From Candidatus Komeilibacteria bacterium (GTDB lineage Bacteria; Patescibacteriota; Patescibacteriia; UBA1558; 2-01-FULL-52-15), in the NCBI GenBank assembly GCA_043801745.1, contig JAZDLR010000022.1:1960-65959 (forward strand): 64,000 bases of DNA. The letters run 5' to 3'. Positions 1-6,457 of this stretch are shown one piece after another. The notes below the pieces were generated by a model. It was not told where the DNA came from and made no database searches. It saw only the letters and a list, made by a program, of their open reading frames with translations. How positions within the stretch are numbered: position 1 is the stretch's first letter; every line of letters begins with the position of its first letter. The position numbers were made by a program, and so were the translations under genes.

Positions 1-1475
1 TCAAAAGCTAACTTGTTAAGGATGTTGGTAACTCGGGCGGCGTGTTTCTGAGATACGCAAAAAACTATTGATTTTCCAAATAATGGAACATTTTGTTTCT
101 GCGCAATTGGATCGAAAAGGCCATTATCAATAAACGCCTTACACATGGCAATATTCGTTTCCTCATTGAAAAATTTTCGCTCATAATCACGGCCTTCAAA
201 TACTTCGTCAATAGCTTCACCCTCGTCAGTAGTTTTGTGCACGGCTAATCCTTGCTCGGAGAACAATTGAGTTGTGATCTCAGTTCGAGCATCGACAATA
301 ACCGGATTTACTAAGTAGCCATCTTTGACACCCGCAATTAGATCATAGCGAAATGTCGGCTCACCTGATTCACAGCCAAAGGTTTTATAGGTGCTTAATA
401 AAACCCTACGCTCATACTCTCGTTGTGTGTCAGCCCCTTCAGCATCAAATCCTTTTAGATAATCCTTTGGCGTGGCTGTCAGGCCAAGCTTATATCCAAT
501 AAAATATTCAAAGACCACACGGCTATTACCCCCGATCGAACGATGAGCTTCATCAGAAATAACCAACTCAAAATCTGTTGGCGAAAATTCCTTTCTATAC
601 CTATCACCCGCGAGAAACGTTTGGACGGTCGAAACCACAATACTGGCTGTTTGCCAGGAGTCACGATTATCTTTATAAATGACACAACGAAAATCATGTC
701 CCAGTTGTTGAACAAAGGCCTTGTGTGCCTGATCTTCTAATTCTAGTCGGTCAACTAAAAATAAAACGCGGCGAGCGTTTCCCGTTTTAAGAAATAATTT
801 GATCAACGCCGCCGAAACCAAAGTCTTGCCTGTGCCAGTAGCCATTTCAAAAAGGAATCTCTGATTACCTTGAGCCGCAGATTTCTGCAAACTTTTTATG
901 GCCTTTATCTGATATGGCCTTAGTTGCTTCAAATTATTATTGCGCAAAAACTCTGATCTAGTATTCTCGTCCTGATACGCTGGATCTTTGGCAAAGCTAG
1001 GCATCTGTGAAGCCACAATGTAATTCTCATCAACCTCTGTATCCGCTAACTCATCTGTATTGGGTACATAAGCCTCATATTGTGTTATAGATTCAGGAGT
1101 GGGGAAACGCGATATTACATCTGGGTTGCCACGATTTGTATCCCAAAAATAATGAATATTGCCGTTCGACAATATAATAAATCGAGCGTCGGTATTACGT
1201 GCATAATTTCTGGCTTGCTCTTTAGCAGAAAGTGGATCAACTGATTCTTTTTTTGCTTCGACAACCACTAAGGGTCGCCCATCTTTATCTAATAACAAAA
1301 AATCAATAAAACCGTGTTTCTCATTTTCAAAATCGTCACCTAATTCTGAATACTTAATACCCGGCTCTAACTGAATATTGGCTTTACCTTCTTTACTATC
1401 TTCAAAGCGCCAGCCCGACTCTTCAAGCAACTTATTTATCTTAATACGGGCTTTTGCTTCCTTTGGATTTGGCAT
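1..1475 (-). CDS. HsdR-like restriction R-subunit: N-terminal PD-(D/E)xK nuclease (HsdR_N-like) plus SF2 DEAD/DEAH helicase; C-terminus lies beyond window start (partial)
   Basis: Reverse frame from ATG at 1473-1475 reads MPNPKEAKARIKINKLLEESGWRF.. with GFIDFLLLD..VVVEAKK (nuclease-like), LRPYQIKAIKSL, FEMATGTGKT (Walker A), VISDEAHRS (motif II). No stop before position 1, so it is absent from the supplied ORF track. Hand translation only. Confidence 0.7.
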   Translation of the reverse strand, partial: MPNPKEAKARIKINKLLEESGWRFEDSKEGKANIQLEPGIKYSELGDDFENEKHGFIDFLLLDKDGRPLVVVEAKKESVDPLSAKEQARNYARNTDARFIILSNGNIHYFWDTNRGNPDVISRFPTPESITQYEAYVPNTDELADTEVDENYIVASQMPSFAKDPAYQDENTRSEFLRNNNLKQLRPYQIKAIKSLQKSAAQGNQRFLFEMATGTGKTLVSAALIKLFLKTGNARRVLFLVDRLELEDQAHKAFVQQLGHDFRCVIYKDNRDSWQTASIVVSTVQTFLAGDRYRKEFSPTDFELVISDEAHRSIGGNSRVVFEYFIGYKLGLTATPKDYLKGFDAEGADTQREYERRVLLSTYKTFGCESGEPTFRYDLIAGVKDGYLVNPVIVDARTEITTQLFSEQGLAVHKTTDEGEAIDEVFEGRDYERKFFNEETNIAMCKAFIDNGLFDPIAQKQNVPLFGKSIVFCVSQKHAARVTNILNKLAF

Positions 1476-1499
1476 GTCCCTATTTCATAAATTATTGGC

Positions 1500-1960
1500 C
1501 TAAATCTAGCCAATTTCTGCCCCAATCATCGCATATCCAAGAGGAAAGTTCAAGTTGGGAAGGTCGTGGTGGGCCACCTGCCTGGGTTTGAGGAAAGTGC
1601 GGCTTTCGAGCAAACCCGAAACCCTAAACACGAAACCCTAAAGAAATCCAAAACACCAAACACAAAATCCAAAACTCTTCGCCCAGCACGCCCCGCCAAA
1701 GGCGAGGCTCCGCAAATGCGGGCCGTGGGAGGCGGATCGGCTTTTATTGAATTATAAGGTGGGCGAAAACAAGTTCAAGGAGTAAGTGAAAGTGGGTTGA
1801 TGGGGCGGATGGGAGTAGATGGGGTTGGAGGGGTGATTGAAGATTGGGGCTTGGTCGTCCAGCTGAGCTGGATGAGCTCGATGGGGCTTGGGACTCGGTG
1901 CTGGGGGCTTGCCCGCTCTATTTGACAAACCCTTTTGGGTGGCATAATATATAGCCATAC
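1500..1960. repeat. Mosaic non-coding repeat module A1 upstream of the HsdR-like gene; shares blocks with 2700-3140
   Basis: Shared blocks with copy A2: tctgccccaatcatcgca.. (1516-1556 vs 2711-2751); aaggtgggcgaaaacaagttcaaggagtaagtgaaagtgggttgatggggcggatgggagtagatggggt (1756-1825 vs 2893-2962); ccagctgagct..gatggg.cttgggact (1860-1895 vs 3083-3110). Low-complexity A/C-rich tract 1617-1676. Confidence 0.7.
1517..1556 (-). promoter_or_regulatory. Conserved ~40-nt promoter-proximal element, copy 1 (about 40 nt 5' of the HsdR-like start)
   Basis: Minus-strand aacttgaactttcctcttggatatgcgatgattggggcaga contains TTGAAC then 17 nt then a weak -10-like GATGAT. A near-identical element sits at the same distance upstream of the DUF3800 gene. 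Confidence 0.35.
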
Positions 1961-2022
1961 AAGTAATTCCTCATACGTGGGCTTCCGGATGGTTGCTCAT
2001 AAACAGCGTATGGGGTTTTGTT

Positions 2023-2661
2023 TTAGCCAAAAAGTGAGCGTTCCTCTATAATCAAATCCCGGATAATCGCATAATAACTGTCGTCTCCCCGCTCGTATTT
2101 TCTGAAAACAGCCCAACAGACGAAATCGGCTACCTGCAGACATTTCTCGGCTTCCGGCGTGGCAATAATGACCTTGATGGCGCTTCTATGATTGCGGCTG
2201 ATCTGGCTTCTCAGATAATTCTGGAAATTTTCATTAAAAAATTTATTGGTTTCGCGGCGTGAAGCGATTAATTCTATGGGCTGGCCGCTGGTCACAATAT
2301 TCTGGGAATAAATTCTATCAAGCAGGATATTGGTCACGTAATTATACAGAACCTGTTTCTCGTCACGGAGCTTGGTATAAACCTTGGCTTTATCAAGATA
2401 AATAACCATAACCGAGCATTGATATTTGATTAACCGGCGCAAAACCCTCTTTCTGGTAATTGGCCGCTCCTTTACCGCATGCAAAACGCCCCGCTTTTTT
2501 CCTAAGATGCGGTGCAACTCAAAGCTGGTCTTCTGAATGATTTTCTCAATTGGCCGCTTGGAAGTAGGCACGAACAAAAAGGCAATAACAAAATATCTTG
2601 ATGAACCTTTTTTCTTGGAAAAACCCAAGTCGCCGCTTTCGTCCAGAAAAATATATGCCAT
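2023..2661 (-). CDS. DUF3800-like protein (conserved N-terminal DESG motif)
   Basis: ATG at 2659-2661 gives MAYIFLDESGDLGFSKKKGSSRYFVIAF.., the N-terminal DE motif typical of DUF3800. The track ORF extends to 2808, but that extension crosses a hairpin and the repeat, so the start is trimmed to the first ATG before the DESG motif. Confidence 0.6.
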   Translation of the reverse strand: MAYIFLDESGDLGFSKKKGSSRYFVIAFLFVPTSKRPIEKIIQKTSFELHRILGKKRGVLHAVKERPITRKRVLRRLIKYQCSVMVIYLDKAKVYTKLRDEKQVLYNYVTNILLDRIYSQNIVTSGQPIELIASRRETNKFFNENFQNYLRSQISRNHRSAIKVIIATPEAEKCLQVADFVCWAVFRKYERGDDSYYAIIRDLIIEERSLFG

Positions 2662-2678
2662 ATTTTTTAAATAAAATA

Positions 2679-2698
2679 AAACAGGGGGTTCCCTGTTT
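2679..2698 (-). promoter_or_regulatory. Perfect 8-bp stem-loop AAACAGGG-ggtt-CCCTGTTT, 17 nt upstream of the DUF3800 start
   Basis: Inverted repeat read directly. On the minus strand it is followed by TTTTATTTTATTT then ATG (terminator-like geometry immediately 5' of a start codon). Same motif at 4385-4407. Confidence 0.5.
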
Positions 2699-2699
2699 A

Positions 2700-3140
2700 A
2701 TTGACTTCTTTCTGCCCCAATCATCGCACATCTGAGGGGAATTTTCAAGTTTCTCGCCCGTCTCGCCGCATCGCGGACGAGCGGGCAAGTATCAAGTGCC
2801 TCCGCCAAAGGCGGATCGCCATTTATAGATTTTAAAGGTGGGCGAAAACACGAAACCCTTCGCCCAGAGGGCGATCGCCGTTAATAGATTTTAAAGGTGG
2901 GCGAAAACAAGTTCAAGGAGTAAGTGAAAGTGGGTTGATGGGGCGGATGGGAGTAGATGGGGTGGGAAAGCGACCATTAAGCTAAAGTTCTAAGCTCCCC
3001 GCCCGACTGCGAAGCGCAGCGAGGCGGGCGGGTAAGTTCGAAATCCTAAACAATATCGAAGTTCAAAATTCAAAGTTCAATCCAGCTGAGCTCGATGGGT
3101 CTTGGGACTTGATAGAGCCAGACAGCACCGAGTCTAAATA
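2700..3140. repeat. Mosaic non-coding repeat module A2 upstream of the DUF3800 gene
   Basis: See A1. Contains an internal ~57-bp tandem duplication (gatcgcc.tt.atagattttaaaggtgggcgaaaaca at 2812-2850 and 2869-2907) and a small inversion relative to A1 (actcggtgctg vs cagcaccgagt). Confidence 0.7.
2711..2751 (-). promoter_or_regulatory. Conserved promoter-proximal element, copy 2 (about 50 nt 5' of the DUF3800 start)
   Basis: Minus-strand aacttgaaaattcccctcagatgtgcgatgattggggcaga; about 85% identical to the 1517-1556 element. Confidence 0.35.
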
Positions 3141-3180
3141 AAAACGCCCCGAACAATTTGTTACGAGACGTTCTATTTAT

Positions 3181-3530
3181 TTGTTAACTGATCGCCAAAG
3201 CTTCTTTGATCTTTTGCACCACTACGTGGTCTTGCTCCAGTCGGGAAAGACGCTGTCTTACTTCCTGAAACTCACGCTGCATTTCCACTTTGGTTGGAAC
3301 CAGCTCGAAGCGTTTATATACCTCTTCAAATCGTTTATCCACACCGTCAAAGCCCTGCTTGATCATCAGGGCTAAATCGTCGTTGGTAACGTTATGATAA
3401 ATGTTTGGCTTAGGCATTGGGATAGGTTAAATTATTAAATTCTGGTAGTCACGTCCCCAATGGACGGGTCAAACCATATCCCTGTTTGAGTCATTCTCTC
3501 ACCTCAGAGAAAATTTGGCAACTGTTCATA
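3181..3530. repeat. Duplicated ~350-bp module (small-protein gene plus conserved leader), copy 1
   Basis: About 93% identical by eye to 5219-5570. The leader contains conserved hairpins TCAAAC-agggatatg-GTTTGA and CGTCC-attgg-GGACG on the minus strand. Confidence 0.8.
3184..3417 (-). CDS. Small 77-aa protein of unknown function (copy 1), predicted helical/coiled-coil C-terminus
   Basis: ATG at 3415-3417. MPKPNIYHNVTNDDLALMIKQGFDGVDKRFEEVYKRFELVPTKVEMQREFQEVRQRLSRLEQDHVVVQKIKEALAIS. The second intact copy is at 5222-5455 with 3 substitutions, which supports a real gene. Confidence 0.6.
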   Translation of the reverse strand: MPKPNIYHNVTNDDLALMIKQGFDGVDKRFEEVYKRFELVPTKVEMQREFQEVRQRLSRLEQDHVVVQKIKEALAIS

Positions 3531-3667
3531 AAACAACTGGCTCAGTGGATCGGGCGGGTTACTAATTTGATATATTTGTTCGTCTTGCTATGCTTACTTT
3601 GGCGCTTGGAGGGCTTGGCCCTATCACGGTCAATGTTTTCCAAACCGTAACCAAGTGCCACAAGAAC

Positions 3668-3689
3668 AGCCGAATGTCGGCTTTTTTTG
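3668..3689 (+). terminator. Rho-independent terminator-like hairpin AGCCG-aatgt-CGGCT followed by T7 on the plus strand
   Basis: Read directly. No annotated plus-strand gene upstream. Confidence 0.45.
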
Positions 3690-3707
3690 TTTATCATCAA
3701 ATACCAT

Positions 3708-3735
3708 TTGACAGCCGAAATAGGCATGCTAATAT
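3708..3735 (+). promoter_or_regulatory. Sigma70-like promoter TTGACA-16 nt-TAATAT (plus strand)
   Basis: TTGACA at 3708-3713, TAATAT at 3730-3735. Followed only by a 21-codon ORF (MKKTLIEVSLYRGLFYFLTHH) that includes the next terminator; this reads as sRNA-like. Confidence 0.4.
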
Positions 3736-3755
3736 ATAGTCATTACCATGAAAAA

Positions 3756-3798
3756 GACCCTTATAGAGGTTAGTCTCTATCGGGGGCTTTTTTATTTC
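3756..3798. terminator. Bidirectional intrinsic terminator (stem cccttatagag/ctctatcgggg; T-run on plus, and a T-run on minus after the NYN gene)
   Basis: Stem-loop plus CTTTTTTATTTCTT on the plus strand. The minus strand reads AAAAAAGCCCCCGATAGAG..CTCTATAAGGGTCTTTTT. It lies 73 nt downstream of the NYN stop. Confidence 0.55.
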
Positions 3799-3826
3799 TT
3801 GACACACCATTAGGTTGTGCTATCAT
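3799..3826 (+). promoter_or_regulatory. Sigma70-like promoter TTGACA-16 nt-TATCAT (extended -10 TGcTATCAT) directed antisense into the NYN gene 3' end
   Basis: TTGACA 3799-3804, TATCAT 3821-3826. Confidence 0.4.
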
Positions 3827-3870
3827 ATATATGAATACACATAGAAAGATACCTCTTAACGGTTCCGTCC

Positions 3871-4380
3871 TTAAGCGGTATTTTTCTTTTTATACTCAAG
3901 TTTATTTCGTAAATTATCTATAAAAGCGATCTTTTCTCTGGCTGTCCGCCTAAGCAAAGTCGAGCAAGTTTTGTAGTAAGGACTAAGAACCCGGGCCAAT
4001 TTATCAGCATTATATAGAAATTTGACAACTGAATAAAAGTCACCATCGCTGGTAATTAATATGACTTGATCAAAATTGCCTTCATAGAAATCAGTGATGA
4101 TCTGCAGAACCATGTCAGCATCAACATTCCCCTTATGATTTCCGTCTGGACCGATAATGACTGGCTTAAACTTCAAAATATATCCATCTTGCTGTAAGCG
4201 GGAATACAGATCCTGATTCTCCGGAATGTAACCAAGAAACAAATAGCATATTTTGACACCATATTTTTCCGCCAAATAGACCCGAAATTTTCGATAATCT
4301 AATTTCCAGCCCAGACTCTGGATTCCTAGATTTAGGTTCTGACCGTCAATATAGGCAAAATTATTAGCATTTTTTATCAT
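3871..4380 (-). CDS. NYN-domain (LabA/PIN-like) ribonuclease family protein
   Basis: ATG at 4378-4380. MIKNANNFAYIDGQNLNLG..KGNVDADMVL..ILITSDGDF, which are NYN/LabA-like acidic motifs. The track start at 4476 is a GTG whose extension crosses the hairpin. Confidence 0.65.
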   Translation of the reverse strand: MIKNANNFAYIDGQNLNLGIQSLGWKLDYRKFRVYLAEKYGVKICYLFLGYIPENQDLYSRLQQDGYILKFKPVIIGPDGNHKGNVDADMVLQIITDFYEGNFDQVILITSDGDFYSVVKFLYNADKLARVLSPYYKTCSTLLRRTAREKIAFIDNLRNKLEYKKKNTA

Positions 4381-4384
4381 AATA

Positions 4385-4407
4385 AAACAGGGCTTTCTTC
4401 CCTGTTT
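4385..4407 (-). promoter_or_regulatory. Stem-loop AAACAGGG-ctttctt-CCCTGTTT, 4 nt upstream of the NYN start
   Basis: Same stem sequence as 2679-2698. The left flank is also similar (attttttA..ATAA.A.AAACAGGG). Confidence 0.5.
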
Positions 4408-4481
4408 ATCTGTATCCGCATTATTGCACTTCTCCTCACAATTGGCAATATGTTCCAAAATGGAACCAGCTGCCACTCAAC

Positions 4482-5114
4482 TTAACTATCCGGAATTTCC
4501 GAATAGTTGCATTTTTTGCAACAGTTGAACACGCCGAACTCATCCCAGAGCCTATTATTCCTATCCCGCAGCCAATTTTGGGGATTCTGGCGGATATATT
4601 CCCGGATTTCAATTAGCGCATCTTCATGGCGAATGATGTGATCATAAAAAGACCGATGCCAAGCAAAATCAGGCAGGCCGGATTGATGGATTGATTTGGA
4701 GGAAATGGTTTTGAAGGCGCAGATGATTTTAGATAAAAGCATATGCTGGCGATAGATTTTATATCTTCTGCAGGCTGCGGTACGGACAACCCTAGGGTTG
4801 TCCGTACGAAATCTTTCGGACTGCCCGAAAAAATCATCTGCGCCCTGCCCCCGATCTTTTATAATTATTATTCCATGCACATGATTAGGCATAATAATGA
4901 AAGCATCTAAAGCAATATAGTGCCAGCGCCTAAGCCAAAGCCAGTTCCTCCTGGCAATCCAGCCGTATTTATTTAGCTGCATCCTGCCATTAATGACTTT
5001 ACCGAAGAAATTTTCATAATTAGCAGTATTGATCGTAATAAAATAATAGCCCGGCTGACTGTAATCATAGCCCTTAAGGCGATTGGCTTTTCTCTGGGGT
5101 AAATCAAGATACAT
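4482..5114 (-). CDS. tnpA: IS200/IS605-family (RAYT-like) HUH tyrosine transposase TnpA
   Basis: MYLDLPQRKANRLKGYDYSQPGYYFITINT..PNHVHGIIII (HUH motif), about 210 aa. The C-terminal 8 codons are encoded by a palindrome. Confidence 0.7.
   Translation of the reverse strand: MYLDLPQRKANRLKGYDYSQPGYYFITINTANYENFFGKVINGRMQLNKYGWIARRNWLWLRRWHYIALDAFIIMPNHVHGIIIIKDRGQGADDFFGQSERFRTDNPRVVRTAACRRYKIYRQHMLLSKIICAFKTISSKSIHQSGLPDFAWHRSFYDHIIRHEDALIEIREYIRQNPQNWLRDRNNRLWDEFGVFNCCKKCNYSEIPDS
4484..4508. repeat. Palindromic element AACTATCCGGAATTTCCGAATAGTT (copy 1 of 2; second copy at 9357-9381)
   Basis: Near-identical palindrome AACTATCCGAAATGTCCGGATAGTT at 9357-9381. Confidence 0.6.
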
Positions 5115-5215
5115 AAAAACAAGGATTCTTAGGTCCCTGCTTGCCCCGCCCCGCTCATAAGCGTTTCGCGCATTGAGCGGGCGGTGGTTTTCACCGCCAG
5201 AAAAGCGGCTTGTCT
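4484..5215 (-). mobile_element. Putative IS200/IS605-like element (tnpA only), bounded by subterminal hairpins; limits approximate
   Basis: Palindrome AACTATCCGGAATTTCCGAATAGTT at 4484-4508 overlaps the tnpA 3' end. Upstream hairpins CCCGCTCA..TGAGCGGG (5150-5181) and GGCGGTG-gtttt-CACCGCC (5180-5198). The ~0.7-kb size fits IS200. No TnpB. Confidence 0.35.
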
Positions 5216-5218
5216 AAC

Positions 5219-5570
5219 TTGTTAGCTGATCGCCAAAGCTTCTTTGATCTTTTGCACCACTACGTGGTCTTGCTCCAGGCGGGAAAGACGCTGTCTTACT
5301 TCCTGAAACTCACGCTGCATTTCCACTTTGGTTGGAACTAGCTCGAAGCGCTTGTATACCTCTCCAAATCGCTTATCCACACCGTCAAAGCCCTCCTTAA
5401 TCATAAGGGCTAAATCGTCGTTGGTAACGTTCTGATAAATGTTTGGCTTAGGCATTGGGATAGGTTTTAAATAATTAAATTTCGGCAGACGCGTCCCCAA
5501 TGGACGGATCAAACCATATCCCTGTTTGAACCATTTTCTCACTTCAAAGAAAGTTTGGCAATTGCTAAAT
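5219..5570. repeat. Duplicated ~350-bp module (small-protein gene plus conserved leader), copy 2
   Basis: See 3181-3530. Confidence 0.8.
5222..5455 (-). CDS. Small 77-aa protein of unknown function (copy 2)
   Basis: ATG at 5453-5455. MPKPNIYQNVTNDDLALMIKEGFDGVDKRFGEVYKRFELVPTKVEMQREFQEVRQRLSRLEQDHVVVQKIKEALAIS. The longer track ORF is an upstream extension. Confidence 0.6.
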   Translation of the reverse strand: MPKPNIYQNVTNDDLALMIKEGFDGVDKRFGEVYKRFELVPTKVEMQREFQEVRQRLSRLEQDHVVVQKIKEALAIS

Positions 5571-5578
5571 TACACCCC

Positions 5579-5607
5579 TTGACAAAATGCATATAATATG
5601 ATAATAT
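5579..5607 (+). promoter_or_regulatory. Consensus sigma70 promoter TTGACA-17 nt-TAATAT driving the G+C-rich protease gene
   Basis: TTGACA 5579-5584, TAATAT 5602-5607. The 5'UTR has two hairpins: GCCCAA-tt-TTGGGC, and CCCCC-ata-GGGGG which overlaps the SD AGGGGGG. Confidence 0.55.
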
Positions 5608-5676
5608 ACTATATTACCAGGTTGTTCATTTTTTTGCCCAATTTTGGGCTTTAACCCCCATAGGGGGGTAACAGTC

Positions 5677-6447
5677 GTGAAGCAGATCTGGTCGCGTTTC
5701 TTGGATGTTCTCCTGCTGGTTAGCACGAGCCTTTTTACCTGGTGGGCCATTAGGGCCATCATTACCCCCATGCTGCAGCACAACACACACCTGGCCCACT
5801 GGAACCCCAGTTTCCTGGCAACCATTGTGGTGGTGTCGGTGTTGGGCCATGAACTGGGCCATGCCTTTTTCATGGAACGCTATGGCCTGAGGACGCGGAT
5901 CTTTCTGCTCGTCTTCATTGGCGGCGCGGTCATCGATCCCAAGAAGATGGCCAAACTGTCGTGGAGCAAGCAGAGCAACATCCTGCTCGCAGGAGTTTGT
6001 GTTAACTTCCTGCTGGGTGTGATTGGTCTTCTGCTTGGACTGTTCGGCATCATCACCATCAGCACGGCCAGCATGTTCGCTCTGGTCAACGGAAGCATGA
6101 TCATCTGGAACTTGATACCCGTTGGACTGTTCGACGGAGGTCGCCTCGCCAAACTGCTCTTCAACAGCATTCCGGAACACGATGACCTCCGTGTCGCCCG
6201 GTACCTGAGTCGCGCTGTGCTGCCGGCTTTCATTGGGCTGTTCGCCTGCGCCGTGATCGACATGATCATCCCTATGACACTCATGGTCTGGGGATTTGGC
6301 TATCAGGCCACTCACGATGACCCCGAGGGCAGCTACAACCCTCTGGCCATGACCAGGGAGGACGTGAGCCGGCTGAGCTGGATCTACCTCTTACTGGTCT
6401 ACGGCGGTGCAGCCCTGCTGCTGCTCTTCGAACTGGTCAGGAAGTAA
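5677..6447 (+). CDS. Peptidase M50 / site-2-protease-family membrane zinc metalloprotease (minimal form)
   Basis: GTG start 8 nt after the SD AGGGGGG. HELGHAF (HExxH) in a TM helix and NLIPVGLFDGGR (the LDG motif of S2P). Multi-TM. G+C visibly higher than flanks. Confidence 0.65.
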   Translation: MKQIWSRFLDVLLLVSTSLFTWWAIRAIITPMLQHNTHLAHWNPSFLATIVVVSVLGHELGHAFFMERYGLRTRIFLLVFIGGAVIDPKKMAKLSWSKQSNILLAGVCVNFLLGVIGLLLGLFGIITISTASMFALVNGSMIIWNLIPVGLFDGGRLAKLLFNSIPEHDDLRVARYLSRAVLPAFIGLFACAVIDMIIPMTLMVWGFGYQATHDDPEGSYNPLAMTREDVSRLSWIYLLLVYGGAALLLLFELVRK

Positions 6448-6457
6448 GGCAACTTAG

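Noticed and set aside
1566-1958. ORFs 1566-1757 (+) and 1752-1958 (-)
   Set aside because: They lie inside the mosaic non-coding repeat A1. Translations are low-complexity (K/T/P-rich). The same DNA recurs at 2700-3140 without conserved reading frames.
2662-2808. N-terminal extensions of track ORFs 2023-2808, 3871-4476 and 5222-5542
   Set aside because: The extensions start at non-ATG codons and run through strong hairpins or repeat DNA. Conserved protein motifs (DESG; YIDGQNLN; MPKPNIY) begin at the internal ATGs chosen.
1500-3140. Possible CRISPR array among the repeats at 1.5-3.1 kb
   Set aside because: Repeat copies are irregularly spaced (two to three copies, 57-bp and roughly 1.1-kb spacing), heterogeneous in length and not palindromic. 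No cas genes.
3542-3727. 61-aa minus-strand ORF 3542-3727
   Set aside because: Basic low-complexity translation with no start context. The region is better explained by plus-strand promoter/terminator signals (possible sRNA).
5626-6315. 229-aa and 134-aa minus-strand ORFs (5626-6315, 5880-6284) and 5705-5890 (+)
   Set aside because: They lie antisense or out of frame inside the G+C-rich protease CDS. High-GC DNA generates long spurious ORFs. No motifs or start context.
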